DNA from: Candidatus Omnitrophota bacterium
GTDB taxonomy: Bacteria; Ratteibacteria; UBA8468; MWAK01
NCBI GenBank assembly: GCA_043797665.1
Contig: JAZDPL010000034.1
Coordinates: 1 to 19,570, forward strand
Length of the DNA: 19,570 nucleotides
Reading direction: 5' to 3'
Under the pieces are notes generated by a model. That model was not told where the DNA came from. It searched no databases and worked only from the letters and a program-made list of their open reading frames with translations. Below are positions 1 through 8,755 of this stretch, piece after piece (position 1 is the first letter of the stretch; each line of letters starts with the position of its first letter). The translations under genes and the position numbers were made by a program.

Positions 1-156
1 GACGATGTTGCCAACTTCGCTGGTCTTGCCGTTCCAGACCAGTTCCACCTCGCGCTTCTCCTCAAAGATCAGGAAGCGATATTTGTCCGGCAGCGGCTTG
101 TCTGCTTCGATAAAGCGAATAATTTCCTGCTGTTCCTGTTCCGTCAGTCGTGGCAT
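1..156 (-). CDS. 5' part of a site-specific DNA methyltransferase, probably a type III R-M Mod subunit (runs off the window edge; not in the ORF track)
   Basis: ATG at 156 reads MPRLTEQEQQEIIRFIEADKPLPDKYRFLIFEEKREVELVWNGKTSEVGNIV, open to position 1. It resembles the N-terminus of Mod-type methyltransferases (VELVWNGK). Catalytic motifs are not in the window. Confidence 0.7.
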   Translation of the reverse strand, partial: MPRLTEQEQQEIIRFIEADKPLPDKYRFLIFEEKREVELVWNGKTSEVGNIV

Positions 157-215
157 AATTAACTTCTATCAATTTTTATAATTCTGTGAACCCCTTATCC
201 TTGGACAATCAGATT

Positions 216-238
216 AAAACCTGGCTGGGCCAGGCTAC
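216..238 (-). terminator. possible intrinsic terminator (or GTAG-type hairpin) downstream of panC
   Basis: Minus strand reads GTAG-CCTGGC-CCA-GCCAGG-TTTT: 6-bp GC stem with a short U tract. Confidence 0.3.
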
Positions 239-315
239 TTATTTAGGTGATGTTTTCCCCTCCAAATTGTACTTTTTCCTGCTTCCGGGGTCAATTTCAT
301 TACCGGGTAATCTGC

Positions 316-1167
316 TTAAGGAAGTCTGATGATGATATTGTCGATGAGGCGGGTGGAACCGAAAAAAGCGGCTACAGCAACCAGAACCTTGCCGCGGGTA
401 TTTTCTGTTACCGGCTCTACCCTTTTCAAGTCTACCGCTTCCAAATATTGTAGTTTAATCAACGGATTTTTATTCAGATTCTTCTGAGTTTCTTTCAGCG
501 CTTCTTTCAGACTTTTTTGTTTAGTCTCCACCATCCTCTTGACATTTTTCAGGTGTTTATACAAAATCGGTGCGGATGTTCGTTCTTCCGGTGAGAGGTA
601 CTGGTTCCGCGAACTCATCGCTAATCCGTCTTTCTCCCTGACCGTGGGTAAACCGACAACCTTTATGGGAAGATTCAAGTCTTCAACCATCTTTTTGATG
701 ATTATCAACTGTTGAGCGTCTTTCCAACCAAAATAAGCCTGGTCCGGCGAAACGATATGGAATAATTTCAGGACCACCGTGGCCACACCCGGAAAATGGC
801 CCGGACGGTACTTCCCGCAAAGATTACGGGGAAGGTTCTCTACCTCTACGCAGGTTTGATAACCTTCCGGATATATTTCGTCTGCTTCCGGTGCAAAGAT
901 AAGGTCAATTCCCTCTTTTTCCACCATTCGGGTATCTCTTTTCAGGTCTTGAGGATATTTCCGGTAGTCTTCTTTCGGGCCAAACTGGGTCGGATTGACG
1001 AAAATACTGACTACACGGAACCCGCACTCTTTTCTGGATGCACGGATAAGACTGAGATGCCCTTTATGGAGCGCGCCCATCGTCGGCACAAAGCCGATTG
1101 CCTTGCCTGCATTTCGGGCGTGTGAGACTATTCTCCTGACTTCAGATATTGTTTTGACTATCTGCAT
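316..1167 (-). CDS. panC: pantoate--beta-alanine ligase
   Basis: GFVPTMGALHKGH, VSIFVNPTQF, RPGHF, GLAMSSRN and RLIDN motifs; 283 aa. Confidence 0.97.
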   Translation of the reverse strand: MQIVKTISEVRRIVSHARNAGKAIGFVPTMGALHKGHLSLIRASRKECGFRVVSIFVNPTQFGPKEDYRKYPQDLKRDTRMVEKEGIDLIFAPEADEIYPEGYQTCVEVENLPRNLCGKYRPGHFPGVATVVLKLFHIVSPDQAYFGWKDAQQLIIIKKMVEDLNLPIKVVGLPTVREKDGLAMSSRNQYLSPEERTSAPILYKHLKNVKRMVETKQKSLKEALKETQKNLNKNPLIKLQYLEAVDLKRVEPVTENTRGKVLVAVAAFFGSTRLIDNIIIRLP

Positions 1168-1744
1168 TGGTGAAACCCTTGCGGGTCGGATGAATCCGAC
1201 CCCTACAAATTTTGGATAATTTCTTTTTTAATATTGGGTCGTAGAAGTCAGGCGCGACTTCTGCCGCGGGTTTAATCACAAACCACCGATCTAATCTTTT
1301 CGGATGCGGAATCTGCAGGTTTGGTTTGTTGATAACCCTGTCTCCATAATAGATTATGTCCAGGTCCAGATTACGGGATTCTTTTGGCTGATGAACCTTT
1401 GGGCGGCCCACTTTCTCCTCAATTTCCTGTAATATCCTCAACAAGGATTGTGTCTTTAGTGCGGTTTCAACCAGGAGCACCCCATTAAGGAACTTCTTGC
1501 CGGTTACCCCTTCCACCGGTTCAGTTTCGTAATACGGTGAACATAGGATTATTTTAACGCTACCACCCCCCACCCTTTTTCTAATCTCCCTTCTTCCCCC
1601 TTTGCAAAAGGGGGATTCCCCTCTTTGAAAAAGAGGGGGTAGGGGAGATTTGGAATTTGCTTTAGCTATAAGTTCTAACCCTTTTTTTATATTCCTCCGG
1701 CGGTTACCCGAATTGGAACCGAAAGCAATAATCACTTTAACCAC
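1142..1744 (-). CDS. folK: 2-amino-4-hydroxy-6-hydroxymethyldihydropteridine diphosphokinase (HPPK) with a repeat-derived insertion and C-terminal tail
   Basis: AFGSN, YETEP, FLNGV, RNLDLDII and IPHP motifs; GTG start; 200 aa versus about 160 typical; overlaps panC by 26 nt. Confidence 0.92.
   Translation of the reverse strand: MVKVIIAFGSNSGNRRRNIKKGLELIAKANSKSPLPPLFQRGESPFCKGGRREIRKRVGGGSVKIILCSPYYETEPVEGVTGKKFLNGVLLVETALKTQSLLRILQEIEEKVGRPKVHQPKESRNLDLDIIYYGDRVINKPNLQIPHPKRLDRWFVIKPAAEVAPDFYDPILKKKLSKICRGRIHPTRKGFTNADSQNNI
1181..1206 (-). repeat. single family-A GTAG REP inside the 3' end of folK
   Basis: Minus strand GTAGGGGTCGGATTCATCCGACCCGC, identical to the copies at 3104 and 6289. 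Confidence 0.92.
1583..1650. repeat. 68-bp double-hairpin palindromic element inside folK
   Basis: Outer IR AATCTCCC(1583-1590)/GGGAGATT(1643-1650) encloses hairpins CCCCCTTT-GCA-AAAGGGGG (1596-1614) and CCCCTCTTT-GAA-AAAGAGGGG (1618-1638). Confidence 0.85.
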
Positions 1745-1759
1745 AGAATTTAATCACAT

Positions 1760-1809
1760 GTAGGGGTCGCATTCATGCGACCCGCGGGCTTGATAAATCA
1801 AACCCCTAC
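1760..1809. repeat. family-A REP doublet (REPIN-like, 50 bp)
   Basis: GTAGGGGTCGCATTCATGCGACCCGCGGGCTTGATAAATCAAACCCCTAC: two inverted GTAG hairpins sharing a central GC. Confidence 0.92.
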
Positions 1810-3023
1810 TAAGGAAGGGTTGGTTTAAAAAAGGACTCCAGGATTTTCCAGCCCTCTTTGAGATAGAGACGGGTGGCGGTCGCCGTCTTTTCGGAAAACC
1901 GGTCCGTACCTTTGCCGGAAACCCCGCTACCGGTGATGAGGAAAGGAACCGGGTCCGGTGTATGGGTTTTGGTCCGCAGGGAAGTAATGTGGTCCGCCAT
2001 AATCATTATCCGGAGTTCCGGGAATTCACTTTTTGCGGCAGAAACAGCCGGACCGACAATTTTCAAGTCAAATTCGTTTATGGCCTTTATCTTCAATTTG
2101 GGCTCACCGCTGTGGCTGGTTTCGTCCGGTGCCTCAATATGGAGAATGGCGAAGTCTACTTCTTTCAAAGCAGAAACAGTGGTCTCTATTTTGCCCTGAT
2201 AGTTGGTGTCCAAATAACCGGTGGCACCCGGAACAAGGGGCGCCTGTAATCCCATCGCTTTTCCGATTCCCCGAACGATATCCACTGCGGATACGGTAAC
2301 ACCATCAAAACCAAAACGTTCTTTGAATAACGGCAGGTTTGCCCGCTCTCCCTGTCCCCAGAGCCAGATGGAATTGGCCGGGTTTTCAGATAAGTCTATC
2401 CGGGTTCTGTTGACCGGGTGTATTTCCAGAATTCGACCCGCATCTTCCATCAGGCGAATCAAGAAATCACACGGCCCCTTCTCTTCTTTAGGCAGATTTT
2501 CCGCAACGGACCTTCCGGAAATATCGTGGGGTGCCGCGGTCCTTATCTTCCGCCAATCAAAAGGAGGTTTGGTAATAACCATTACGTTACGATAACTCTT
2601 GCCGGGATAGAAGAAGATACCTTCGGGGTTAAAACGTTCGTTGAGGGCCGCCATCAATTTTGCTGCTTCTCCGTCGCTGATGTGACCTGCTGAATAGTCT
2701 GCCATCCTTCCGCTGTCCCGGGTCACCAGATTTACCCGGAAAGCCACCTCTCCTTCCTTAAGGTTAATGCCTAAATTTATCGCTTCCAGCGGACCCCTCC
2801 CGGGATGACCATCTTTTGGATTACACCCTAAAATGGAAAGAAAAGCGGTGTCACTGGCCGGCATTACACCTTTGGGGATAGTCCGTACCATCCCTAAAAT
2901 ACTTTTCTCTTGAGCCAGCCGGTCCATATTAGGAGTGTTTGCCGTCTCTAACGGTGTTTTCCACTCCAGGTCCGGAATGGGATAGTCTGCCATCCCGTCG
3001 CCGATAAGCAACAAATATTTCAT
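1809..3023 (-). CDS. apgM: cofactor-independent phosphoglycerate mutase family protein (ApgM-like)
   Basis: MKYLLLIGDGMAD, TPLETANTPNMD, GRGPLEA, HIEAPDETSH and ADHITS..THT motifs. ATG at 3023 preferred over TTG at 3035. Confidence 0.88.
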   Translation of the reverse strand: MKYLLLIGDGMADYPIPDLEWKTPLETANTPNMDRLAQEKSILGMVRTIPKGVMPASDTAFLSILGCNPKDGHPGRGPLEAINLGINLKEGEVAFRVNLVTRDSGRMADYSAGHISDGEAAKLMAALNERFNPEGIFFYPGKSYRNVMVITKPPFDWRKIRTAAPHDISGRSVAENLPKEEKGPCDFLIRLMEDAGRILEIHPVNRTRIDLSENPANSIWLWGQGERANLPLFKERFGFDGVTVSAVDIVRGIGKAMGLQAPLVPGATGYLDTNYQGKIETTVSALKEVDFAILHIEAPDETSHSGEPKLKIKAINEFDLKIVGPAVSAAKSEFPELRIMIMADHITSLRTKTHTPDPVPFLITGSGVSGKGTDRFSEKTATATRLYLKEGWKILESFFKPTLP

Positions 3024-3036
3024 GGCGAGATTCAAT

Positions 3037-3060
3037 GTAGTGCGACCCTTTCAGGGTTGC
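3037..3060 (+). repeat. single GTAG REP of a different type
   Basis: GTAGT-GCGACCCT-TTC-AGGGTTGC: GTAG followed by an 8-bp stem with one G.T pair. Confidence 0.7.
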
Positions 3061-3103
3061 CCAAAGCACGGGTACTCTCTAATACCAAAATGCAATAAAA
3101 ACT

Positions 3104-3153
3104 GTAGGGGTCGGATTCATCCGACCCGCGGGTTCGATAAATCGAACCCCTAC
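3104..3153. repeat. family-A REP doublet (50 bp)
   Basis: GTAGGGGTCGGATTCATCCGACCCGCGGGTTCGATAAATCGAACCCCTAC; the outer IR extends to CT..AG (3102-3155). Confidence 0.93.
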
Positions 3154-3162
3154 AGAATTCAC

Positions 3163-4134
3163 TTACCGTAATTTGACCGTCTGACCGGTCTCCATAGACT
3201 TCAGAGCCGCTAAGGTCACTTCTAAGGTCCGGACGCCGTCGCTGTAATCCGAAAGAATCCTGCCCTTTGTACCGGACTTAACCGCATCAATAAATGCCCG
3301 GTGTTCCGCAAAAGCGAAGTCATTGCCGACGTTATAAATCTCTTTTTTCTCCTGGGTAAACACCTGCATTGTGGTGATGGGTTCCCACTTGATTTCCAAA
3401 CTGTCCGCCACCAGGTCAAGATAGGAACTGTAACCAAAAGACATCCAGGTACAGTTGATATTTCCGATGGTACCGTTCTTAAACTTCATGATGGTGGTAC
3501 TGGCATCTTCAACTTCGTAACCGGGGATGCGTTTCTTAATCAAACCGGAAAACGCCCGGCTGGAAACTTCGGCAACCTCTCCACCGAAATGAAGCATCAG
3601 GTTTACGATATGGGTCGCCTGTTCTACCAATTGCCCCCCGCTCTGTTTCTTTTTAATTAGCCAGTTGGTAGCCGGAACAGCACCAAAGTAACTACCGGTG
3701 ATTAAACCTAAAGGTTTACCACCTAAAACTTTTTCACTCTTTTCTACGATGTCCATATATCGCAGGACGTACCCGACCGAAGTAATTACACCGGATTTTT
3801 TCACCGCGGTTTCAATCCCCCGGGCTTTTTCTACGGACAGCGCCACCGGTTTTTCGACAAAGAAAGGAATCTTCTTCCGGCAGGCTAAAACCTCCTGGTC
3901 TTCGTGGGCAAAAGGCGGTACGCAGATGTAGAGTGCATCTAAACGCTCTTTTTCCAGCATGTCGTGATAATCTGTGTATACTTTCCCCCCAAACTTTTTG
4001 GCCGTGGTCTCTGCTCTTTCCTTTACGACGTCACACAGCGCGGTAATTGCTGCGTCTTTCATGCTTGCCAACTGATTCAGGTGGGCGTTGGCAATGCCGC
4101 CGGTTCCGATAAAACCAATCTTAACCTTATCCAT
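3163..4134 (-). CDS. Gfo/Idh/MocA family oxidoreductase
   Basis: KIGFIGTGGIA Rossmann motif, FVEKP, GGQLVEQATH and VED; 323 aa. Confidence 0.92.
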   Translation of the reverse strand: MDKVKIGFIGTGGIANAHLNQLASMKDAAITALCDVVKERAETTAKKFGGKVYTDYHDMLEKERLDALYICVPPFAHEDQEVLACRKKIPFFVEKPVALSVEKARGIETAVKKSGVITSVGYVLRYMDIVEKSEKVLGGKPLGLITGSYFGAVPATNWLIKKKQSGGQLVEQATHIVNLMLHFGGEVAEVSSRAFSGLIKKRIPGYEVEDASTTIMKFKNGTIGNINCTWMSFGYSSYLDLVADSLEIKWEPITTMQVFTQEKKEIYNVGNDFAFAEHRAFIDAVKSGTKGRILSDYSDGVRTLEVTLAALKSMETGQTVKLR

Positions 4135-5317
4135 TCCTCTTCCTCCATTCTTTTTTCATCTTCTCCATTTCCGGTGTGACTAAAATCTTCCTCATTTTTG
4201 TCTGACGTTCCGAAGGATTATCAAAGGTAAGTAACAGAGGCAACCTCTTTTCTACCGTCAGGAGGTCGAAAGGTCTGTGCGGTTCCAATTGATACCAGTA
4301 GGCGGTGCTGGAGTAGTCATTACAGGTGTGGTTGCCGTGGCCGTGTTCAATCGTAACCCTGATTGATTTTTTAAATCTGACCGGGTTAGTCAGATGAAAA
4401 TTGTACGAGGTCTGGTATCCGCCGGCAAACCGGTTATGGTTCCCTCCATCCCAGGGATTCCGGCCGACAACCGATTTACCTTCAAAGATTGAGGAACCGT
4501 TGAATAAAAAAGCGTTTTCCTGCATACCCCAGGCCTGATTGAAATAATCTTCGCTGCCGGTACCGTGCAGGGACGGAGGCCACTTTTCGCCGTCAATAAA
4601 TATCATATCGTCACCTTCCCCCCACCAGGTTCCGTGGATGTTGGTTACGGAAAGGTTGCAGCCGATATAATGTCCTTTTCCTTCCGCTTCCAGGATAACG
4701 TAGTTATTCTGATAAGCGACGTTACCTTTATTTATAATATTGGCTTCCGGAGTATTGACGCTTATCTCCGGACCCCAGCCGGGCGTTGGGTTCTCCCGGC
4801 GCCACCGGGCGTGGAGGTAGCCAAGGTCAGCCGGCAGTTTCTGTTCGTAAGTTTCGTAGTCAACGTAGAAGTATTGGCCGTACACTTTGTTGCTCTCATT
4901 CACTAATTCAATCTTTGCGTGTTTCCGGAAAGGCATCTGGAGGTAACAATTCAGAGCACAACCGGCACCGAACTTATAGGGACTGGCGGTTGAGGCGGTA
5001 AAAGGCAGTGAGCAGAAGGAATTGACCAGGGAATGACCCAGGCAGAAAAAATCTCCCAGAGGAACGTTGATGCTGGGATTCTTTTCGCCGTCCCAGTAAA
5101 TCTTCAGGATGACTTCCCGGTAGAGAAACGGTTCTCCTCCCTGGGTCATCCAGATATGGGTGACACATCCGGGACCGTCAATCTCTGCCAGAGATTTACT
5201 CTTACCCGGTTCAATCTGCCAGGCATCAGCGTTTCTTCCGGTAACGTCGTAACTGGAGATTCTTTTGGTCCGTGCCGGCCGGATACGACACAAACCTGAC
5301 AAAATCCCCCCTGCCAT
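4127..5317 (-). CDS. DUF2961 / glycoside hydrolase family 172-like protein
   Basis: RISSYD, GPGCVTHIWMT, PLGDFF, WWGEGDDMIFIDG, GTGSEDYFN and TIEHGH motifs. ATG at 5317 follows a G-rich SD; 5335 is an alternative start. Confidence 0.88.
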   Translation of the reverse strand: MAGGILSGLCRIRPARTKRISSYDVTGRNADAWQIEPGKSKSLAEIDGPGCVTHIWMTQGGEPFLYREVILKIYWDGEKNPSINVPLGDFFCLGHSLVNSFCSLPFTASTASPYKFGAGCALNCYLQMPFRKHAKIELVNESNKVYGQYFYVDYETYEQKLPADLGYLHARWRRENPTPGWGPEISVNTPEANIINKGNVAYQNNYVILEAEGKGHYIGCNLSVTNIHGTWWGEGDDMIFIDGEKWPPSLHGTGSEDYFNQAWGMQENAFLFNGSSIFEGKSVVGRNPWDGGNHNRFAGGYQTSYNFHLTNPVRFKKSIRVTIEHGHGNHTCNDYSSTAYWYQLEPHRPFDLLTVEKRLPLLLTFDNPSERQTKMRKILVTPEMEKMKKEWRKRNG

Positions 5318-5335
5318 TGTTCCCTCCCCCTCCAT

Positions 5336-6235
5336 TTAATATTGTAACATACGTTCTAAGGCTAAGCGACTCTTTTGGGCAGACTCTTCCGGGATTTCAA
5401 TTTTTGGCTGTAATTCCTGCAAACTCCAGAGCACCTTCTCCAGGGTTATCTTCTTCATATTGGGACAAACCGCCCTTTCCGAACCCGGGATGTAATGAAT
5501 GTTTGGATTCTCCCGTTTCAGGCGGTTAATCATTCCGGTTTCCGTGCCCACAATCACCTCTTTCGGGCTATTTTCTTTGACCCATTTGACCATTCCACCG
5601 GTGGAAAGAGTTAAATCTGCTATTTGCCGTACTTCGCGGCGACACTCCGGGTGTACCATCAGGACCGCTCCCGGGGACTTTTTCTTTAAAGCGGTTAGTT
5701 CTTCGGGTAAGAAAACCATATGAGTCGGACAATACCCGGGCCAGAGGAGCATTTTTTCTTCAATCCGGCTTTGAATGAAGTCGCCTAAATTCTGGTCCGG
5801 AAAAAAGAGGATGGTTTTATCGGGGAGTGCTTTCACCAAACGGAGTGCATTGGAGGAGGTACAGATGTAGTCGCTCTCCGCTTTGACCTCCACCGAGGAG
5901 TTGATATAGGTAACCACAACCGCTTCCGGATGTTCCCTGCGGCACTTGCGGATATCCTCGGGAGTGACCATGTCCGCTAAAGGACAGCCTGCCTCCAAAT
6001 CCGGCAGCAGGACCATCTTTTTAGGCGAAAGGATTTTGGCGGTCTCAGCCATAAAACGGACGCCGCAGAAGACGATTACCCCGGCATCGGATTCGGCTGC
6101 TTTGCGGGAAAGGTCTAAGGAATCGCCCAGGAAGTCGGCGATATCCTGAATTTCCGCCGGCTGGTAGTTGTGGCTTAAGATTACTGCGTTACGTCTCTTT
6201 TGCCACAGCCTTATTTCTGTAATGATTTTATTCAT
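5336..6235 (-). CDS. nadA: quinolinate synthase
   Basis: ILSHNYQ, GDSL, FCGVRFMAETAKIL, AGCPLAD, YINSS, CTSSNA, HPEC and CPNMKK motifs. The ORF-track start (6256) lies inside a REP; ATG at 6235 is more likely. Confidence 0.96.
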   Translation of the reverse strand: MNKIITEIRLWQKRRNAVILSHNYQPAEIQDIADFLGDSLDLSRKAAESDAGVIVFCGVRFMAETAKILSPKKMVLLPDLEAGCPLADMVTPEDIRKCRREHPEAVVVTYINSSVEVKAESDYICTSSNALRLVKALPDKTILFFPDQNLGDFIQSRIEEKMLLWPGYCPTHMVFLPEELTALKKKSPGAVLMVHPECRREVRQIADLTLSTGGMVKWVKENSPKEVIVGTETGMINRLKRENPNIHYIPGSERAVCPNMKKITLEKVLWSLQELQPKIEIPEESAQKSRLALERMLQY

Positions 6236-6239
6236 AAAT

Positions 6240-6289
6240 GTAGGGGCGCGATTCATCGCGCCCGCGGGTCGGATGAATCCGACCCCTAC
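6240..6289. repeat. family-A REP doublet (50 bp)
   Basis: GTAGGGGCGCGATTCATCGCGCCCGCGGGTCGGATGAATCCGACCCCTAC. Confidence 0.93.
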
Positions 6290-6313
6290 GTTAAAATATT
6301 TAATGCCGTTGTG

Positions 6314-7255
6314 TTAAAAAACTAAGGCGGCGGCTGCCAGAATTCCGCTTTCCGGACCCAGGGAGGCGGGTAAAATTTTAAGTCCTTGGCTCAGAATCGG
6401 AAAAGCGCGAATCTTAATGGTCTCTTCAATAGCGTCAAAGAGCAGTTTTCCTGCCTGAGCAACACCGCCTCCAATGATAATCGCTTCCGGATTAAAAACA
6501 TTAACTAAATCAGCCAGCATCACACCGATATCACTGCCCACCTCTTTCCAGATTCTGCCTGCCAATTTATCGGCCTTCTGATATGCCATTGAGACGATTT
6601 TCGGGGTTATCTTTTTCAAATCTCCCTTGACCAGTTCCGGTATGATAGATGGAGCACCTTTTTTGAGTTCTTTGATAGTTCGTTTGGCAATATAACCTGC
6701 GCCCACGTATGCTTCTACACAACCTTTATTCCCGCACCCACAGCGGGCTCCCCGGGTGTTAATGGTGATATGACCTAATTCTGCGGCCGAGTATTTTCCG
6801 CCCCGCAACAGTTTTCCATCCACCACCACACCCCCGCCTAAACCGGTACCTAAAGTAATACAGACGATGGTGCGAAATCCTTTTCCCGCACCAAAGAGAT
6901 ATTCCCCCCAGGTAATGGTATTGACATCGTTTTCCACCTTGACCGGAAGATTAAACTTTTCGTGAAAGATTTTTGCCAGAGGCAAGTTATTCCATTCCGG
7001 CAGGTTGGGTGCTAAAAAAACTGTGCCTTCGCTATCGACCAAACCCGGAGTTCCGATGCCTATCCCGCATACTTCAGAGGTGTTTACCCCGGACAGGGAT
7101 TCGTTGACCGCTTCTTCCATCCGTCGCAGAATCTCCGGGCGTCCTTTCTCGGTATGGGTTTCTATCTGACCCCGTTTCAATATGGTGCCGTCTTTTTTAA
7201 CCAATCCAAACTTAATGTAAGTACCGCCTAAATCGATTCCAACTGCCTTATCCAT
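6314..7255 (-). CDS. ROK family sugar kinase (glucokinase-like)
   Basis: GIDLGGT, ENDVN, ITLGTGLGGG, ELGH and the CGCGNKGCVE zinc motif; no HTH. GAGGAG SD precedes ATG 7255; the ORF-track ATG at 7276 is inside a repeat. Confidence 0.92.
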   Translation of the reverse strand: MDKAVGIDLGGTYIKFGLVKKDGTILKRGQIETHTEKGRPEILRRMEEAVNESLSGVNTSEVCGIGIGTPGLVDSEGTVFLAPNLPEWNNLPLAKIFHEKFNLPVKVENDVNTITWGEYLFGAGKGFRTIVCITLGTGLGGGVVVDGKLLRGGKYSAAELGHITINTRGARCGCGNKGCVEAYVGAGYIAKRTIKELKKGAPSIIPELVKGDLKKITPKIVSMAYQKADKLAGRIWKEVGSDIGVMLADLVNVFNPEAIIIGGGVAQAGKLLFDAIEETIKIRAFPILSQGLKILPASLGPESGILAAAALVF

Positions 7256-7270
7256 AACTCCTCTCAATCC

Positions 7271-7333
7271 TGTCATTCTGAGTGAAACGAAGAATCTCTG
7301 AGATTCTTCAGCATACTACGCTTCAGAATGACA
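7271..7333. repeat. family-C palindromic element (TGTCATTCTGA...TCAGAATGACA)
   Basis: 11-bp terminal IR plus internal hairpin GAAGAATCT-CTG-AGATTCTTC (7289-7309); related copies at 9486, 10603 and 19053. Confidence 0.9.
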
Positions 7334-7347
7334 ACAGGCTTTTTTAC

Positions 7348-8706
7348 CTATTTCTCCGGGGTGGGTAATTCTTTCAGAGGTACGTCAACCGAATCTATTT
7401 CAATTACTTCTTTGTCTGAAGAGACCGTCCCTAACTCTTTGAGCCGCCGGATACCCGGCAGGAGCCGGATCTCCCAGGAACCGACCGCAGAATTGTACGA
7501 CTTGGCCGCTTCAGTCAGACCTTTGCGGATTCCATCTAAATGTTCGGAAAATTTGGAGAGTCTCTCGAAAATCTCCTGACCTGTTTCCCAGATGCGCCGG
7601 GAATTTTCCGTCACGTCCTGCTGCTGCCAGGTGGTGGCAACCGTACGCAGCAGCGAAATCAAGGTGGTCGGAGTAGCCAGTATTACCCGGCTGGCAAATC
7701 CGTCCTCCATCAAACTACTGTCCTGTTCTAAAGCCGCGCTGAAGAATGATTCGCCGGGCAGAAACAGAATTACAAATTCCGGGCTGGGTGCCAGATGCTT
7801 CCAGTATTCCTTGGAAGACAATTTTTTCATATGTTCGCGTACCGCCTTCGCATACTGGGAAAATGCGTTTTTGCGGCCTTCTTCTTCCGCCACTTCCAGA
7901 GCCTTTCGGAATACCTGTACCGGTGCTTTTGCATCTACCACAAGAGTCCTGTTGCCCGGCAGTTTAATAATCATATCAGGTCGGAGCCGGCCGTCTTCGG
8001 TGGAAACGGAAAACTGCTCTTCAAAATCACAGTATTTAGACATCCCGGACATTTCCGCCACCCGGCGCAGAGTAAGTTCACCCCAACTACCCCGCACCTG
8101 AGGAGTTTTGAGCGCAGAAGACAGGGTGGTCGTTTCTTTACGAAGCAATTCATGGGTTAACTTCATCTCATTAAGGTGCTGCAGGAGACCTCCGTAAGCC
8201 TCAGACCTTTTAGTTTCTATTTCCCGCAGTTGGTCTTCATACCGCTTTAATGTCTCCTGAAGCGGTTTGATGCTACCATCCATCGCCTCCTGGCGCACCT
8301 TCAGGTCTCCCTTAGCCTCAATGAGGACGCCTTCCAGGGTTTTCTTTGCCAGATCCAGAAAGAGTTGATTATTACTCTTGAGTGCTTCGGTAGAAAGGCT
8401 GTTAAACGCATTACTTAATCTCTGAACGGTCTCAGCAAGATTCTTCTTCTGTTCCTCTAAATTACTCCGGAGTTCGGCAAGCCGTGTTTCCGCCGCAACC
8501 CTGGTTTCCTGTTGTTTACTAAGGTCGGTCTGTAACTGGGTAAGATGGACTTCTTTTTGCTGGAGTTGGAACCGTAACTCAGTAAGCGTACCTTCGTTAG
8601 TCCTGGCTCGGCCATCTGAATCCAGCACCCTTCGGTTCAGACCCAGCCACACCGCAATTCCACCCAGTATCAGTCCAACGATAAATACTACCACCTGGTT
8701 AACCAT
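7348..8706 (-). CDS. rmuC: DNA recombination protein RmuC
   Basis: N-terminal TM helix, long coiled coil, RGSWGELTL, RPDMIIKLP, VDAKAP, EFVILFLPGE and ATPTTL motifs. Confidence 0.95.
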   Translation of the reverse strand: MVNQVVVFIVGLILGGIAVWLGLNRRVLDSDGRARTNEGTLTELRFQLQQKEVHLTQLQTDLSKQQETRVAAETRLAELRSNLEEQKKNLAETVQRLSNAFNSLSTEALKSNNQLFLDLAKKTLEGVLIEAKGDLKVRQEAMDGSIKPLQETLKRYEDQLREIETKRSEAYGGLLQHLNEMKLTHELLRKETTTLSSALKTPQVRGSWGELTLRRVAEMSGMSKYCDFEEQFSVSTEDGRLRPDMIIKLPGNRTLVVDAKAPVQVFRKALEVAEEEGRKNAFSQYAKAVREHMKKLSSKEYWKHLAPSPEFVILFLPGESFFSAALEQDSSLMEDGFASRVILATPTTLISLLRTVATTWQQQDVTENSRRIWETGQEIFERLSKFSEHLDGIRKGLTEAAKSYNSAVGSWEIRLLPGIRRLKELGTVSSDKEVIEIDSVDVPLKELPTPEK

Positions 8707-8716
8707 ATCTTAATCT

Positions 8717-8745
8717 ATTATATCATTAACGCTTTACACAAGTAA
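8717..8745 (-). promoter_or_regulatory. sigma70-type promoter of rmuC (extended -10)
   Basis: Minus strand TTACTT(8745-8740)-17 bp-TATAAT(8722-8717), preceded by TGn; 10 nt to the ATG; no SD. Confidence 0.65.
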
Positions 8746-8755
8746 GGTTACTTAA

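Noticed and set aside
6236..7276. Track starts for nadA (6256) and the ROK kinase (7276)
   Set aside because: Both ATGs lie inside palindromic repeats; the downstream ATGs match family N-termini.
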